Positions 30,237 to 32,000 of a DNA stretch of 32,000 bases are shown here, in pieces. Each line of letters begins with the position of its first letter. Within the stretch, counting starts at the first letter, position 1. The notes beneath the pieces were generated by a model. The model searched no databases. It was given only the letters and a program-made list of their open reading frames with translations, and was not told the origin of the DNA. A program made the translations under genes and the position numbers. The DNA comes from Longivirga aurantiaca (GTDB taxonomy: Bacteria; Actinomycetota; Actinomycetes; S36-B12; CAIYMF01), in NCBI RefSeq assembly GCF_042660085.1, contig NZ_JBHSTI010000008.1, positions 480,001 through 512,000 on the forward strand, written 5' to 3'.

Positions 30237-31096
30237 CGGCCCCCCTCGGTCTCGTCCTCGCGCACGAGCTCGACGCCGTCGGGCCGGCGTACGACGCGGA
30301 CCCGCGATCCTGGCGGGAGCATGCGCAGAACGTCGTCCGGGAGCTGCACCCGGCCGTCGAGGTCGACGTCGACGTGCTGCTGCCAGTGCTGCGTCTCGTC
30401 GTCGGCGCGGCCCTGGGTGATGGTGATGGTGCGGCCGAGCCGCTCGGCCACCTCGGGGTCGTGCGTCACCACGACGACCGTCGTGCCGAACTGCCGGCCC
30501 ACCGCCGCGATGAGCTCGACGACGGCGTCGCGGTTGGCCTTGTCGAGCTGCGAGGTCGGCTCGTCGACGAGCAGCAGCCCGGGCGACGTCGCCATGCCCA
30601 TCGCGACGGCGAGCCGCTGCTGCTCGCCGCCGGAGAACCCGCCGACCGCACGGCCGGCGAGGTGCGTGAGCCCGAGGGCGTGCAGGAGCACCGCGGGCGT
30701 CGGGAGCGAGGCGCGGCGGAAACCGCGAACGCCCCGCTGGGCGAACCGCACGTTGTCCTCGGCCGTGCCGTACGGCAGCAGGTTGCGCGAGGGGTCCTGC
30801 ACGACGACGCCGAGCCTGTGCGCGCGCAGCATGAGCAGCTCGCGCTCGGACATCGCCGTCATCTCGTCGCCGCCGACCCACACCTGGCCGGACGTCGGCG
30901 CGAGCAGCCCCGCGATCACCGCGAGGAGCGTGGACTTGCCGGAGCCCGACGGGCCGAGCACGGCGATCGTCTCGCCGGCGCGGACTGTGAGCGTGACGTC
31001 CTGCAGCGCGACCGTGTCGCCGGTCGGCGTGCTGTAGACGTGCCCGACGCGCTCGCAGTGCAGCGACAGGCCGGTCTCGAGCGTGGTCGTCGTCAT
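30233..31096 (-). CDS. ABC transporter ATP-binding protein with degenerate signature and ~58-aa C-terminal extension
   Basis: 287 aa. Walker A GPSGSGKST, signature FSGGEQQRLAVAMGM (deviant), Walker B LLLVDEPT, H-loop VTHD. The ATG overlaps the permease stop (ATGA at 31093-31096). Confidence 0.9.
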   Translation of the reverse strand: MTTTTLETGLSLHCERVGHVYSTPTGDTVALQDVTLTVRAGETIAVLGPSGSGKSTLLAVIAGLLAPTSGQVWVGGDEMTAMSERELLMLRAHRLGVVVQDPSRNLLPYGTAEDNVRFAQRGVRGFRRASLPTPAVLLHALGLTHLAGRAVGGFSGGEQQRLAVAMGMATSPGLLLVDEPTSQLDKANRDAVVELIAAVGRQFGTTVVVVTHDPEVAERLGRTITITQGRADDETQHWQQHVDVDLDGRVQLPDDVLRMLPPGSRVRVVRRPDGVELVREDETEGGR

Positions 31097-32000
31097 GCCG
31101 CCACCTCCCGCAGCCGCTCGGGCACAGCCTGGCGCAGCAGCGCGATGCCGCCGACGACGGCGGTCAGCAGCAGCAGTGCAGCGGTGACGACGGTGAAGAG
31201 GAGCACCGCAGCCGTCTGGATGTCGACGGTCAGCGGCAGCAGCGTGGCCGAGGACGTCTGCGGCAGCAGCGGCAGCGCGAGGCGCGCGACCACGAGGCCG
31301 ACCGGCACGCCGACGGCGAGGCCCGTGCCCAGAAGCAGCGCCTGCTCGAGCACGCACCCGCGCAGCAGGGACCGGCGAGGTACGCCGACCGCGCGCAGCG
31401 CGGCCAGCTCGTACGACCGGCGGCGCCCCGTGACCGCGACGCTGATCGCGAGCGCGCCCGCTGCGAGCAGGGATCCGACCACAGCGCAGACGAGCAGCAG
31501 CCTCAGGGCGAGCGCCGGCCCCTCGCGGTCGAGCTGGTCGAGGCGCTCGGCCTGGGTCCGGACGCCGTCGACCGTGATGCCGGCGGCGGTGAGCCGCTCG
31601 ATCGCGTCGGGCGGGGCGTCGGGCCCCAGCCACACGGCCCAGTTCGCGTCGTCGGCGAGCTGCTGCGCGGACCGCGTCAGCGCCTGCAGCCCGGTGATGG
31701 ATCCGCGGCTGCCGACGAACGGGAGGATCGTGTTCGCCCCCGCCGAGACGGCCTGCACGTCGCGGCCGTTTCCGTCGACGAACCGCAGCTCGGCGCCGGT
31801 GGGCGCGATCGTCTCGGCCGTCACGAGCGGGAGGGGGGACGGCACCTCGGCGTACTGGAGCCACGGCGACACGTAGGCGGGCAGCTCGGCGGTGTACCGC
31901 AGGCCGGAGCCGGCGAAGGCGAGCGTGCCCGTTGGATCGCCGGTGTACGCCGTGACCCGCCAGGTGCCGGGCGTGCCGAAGCCGGCGTCGAGGTCCTGCC
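31093..32000 (-). CDS. FtsX-like ABC permease, C-terminal part (gene continues beyond window)
   Basis: The frame is open from 31093 to the window end (no stop upstream of the track start 31872). RRRSYELAALRAVGVPRRSL followed by hydrophobic helices is the FtsX domain pattern. Confidence 0.8.
   Translation of the reverse strand, partial: QDLDAGFGTPGTWRVTAYTGDPTGTLAFAGSGLRYTAELPAYVSPWLQYAEVPSPLPLVTAETIAPTGAELRFVDGNGRDVQAVSAGANTILPFVGSRGSITGLQALTRSAQQLADDANWAVWLGPDAPPDAIERLTAAGITVDGVRTQAERLDQLDREGPALALRLLLVCAVVGSLLAAGALAISVAVTGRRRSYELAALRAVGVPRRSLLRGCVLEQALLLGTGLAVGVPVGLVVARLALPLLPQTSSATLLPLTVDIQTAAVLLFTVVTAALLLLTAVVGGIALLRQAVPERLREVAA

Noticed and set aside
1-32000. tRNA, rRNA, tmRNA, transposase/integrase, or island boundaries around the catabolic cluster.
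   Set aside because: I saw no T-loop-like GGTTCGAATCC motif or cloverleaf candidates in the intergenic regions, and no recombinase-like ORFs. By eye the coding regions have uniform composition. The only AT-richer patches are short spacers.

Overview
Very GC-rich, densely coding chromosomal segment that looks like Actinomycetota. I support 32 protein genes. I found no rRNA, tRNA, CRISPR array, transposase or integrase. The many long alternative-frame ORFs in the track are Arg/Pro/Gly/Ala-rich GC artefacts. Layout: (1) 1-10.7 kb holds transporters (truncated MFS, EamA, MarC), a CitE-like lyase plus acyl-CoA dehydrogenase pair, a YflT-like stress protein, DUF2332, NUDIX, a Zn-ribbon DUF protein, a RecB/Cas4-like nuclease, a PPOX-type F420 enzyme and an alpha/beta hydrolase. 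(2) 10.8-17.6 kb is a conserved actinobacterial block: ParA-like ATPase, DEAD-box helicase, ferritin-like protein, DUF3107, TetR, an acidic hypothetical protein and a second alpha/beta hydrolase. (3) 17.7-29.5 kb is a catabolic cluster built on gamma-glutamylation of an amine or amino alcohol. It has a GS-like ligase, aldehyde dehydrogenase, SDR and gamma-glutamyl hydrolase, plus an APC permease, a choline/ethanolamine-kinase-fold protein, an FAD/GcvT (dimethylglycine-dehydrogenase-type) oxidoreductase, a hotdog protein and a HutC-type GntR regulator. (4) 29.6-32.0 kb is an FtsX-type ABC system with two different ATPases, cut by the window edge. The most interesting signals are non-coding. First, a CGGTCTAGACC(G/A) palindrome is repeated at two promoters of the catabolic cluster with the same geometry, and a third copy has one mismatch. 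Second, two tandem 40-nt units carrying a different palindrome sit between the ligase and aldehyde dehydrogenase genes. Third, two families of repeated intergenic hairpin elements occur, each with two copies directly after gene ends. Fourth, a TetR operator overlaps a leaderless promoter. Fifth, TANNNT lies 6-7 nt before the start codon at about 10 genes, which helps fix start sites. Nothing here looks like a mobile island or a defence system.
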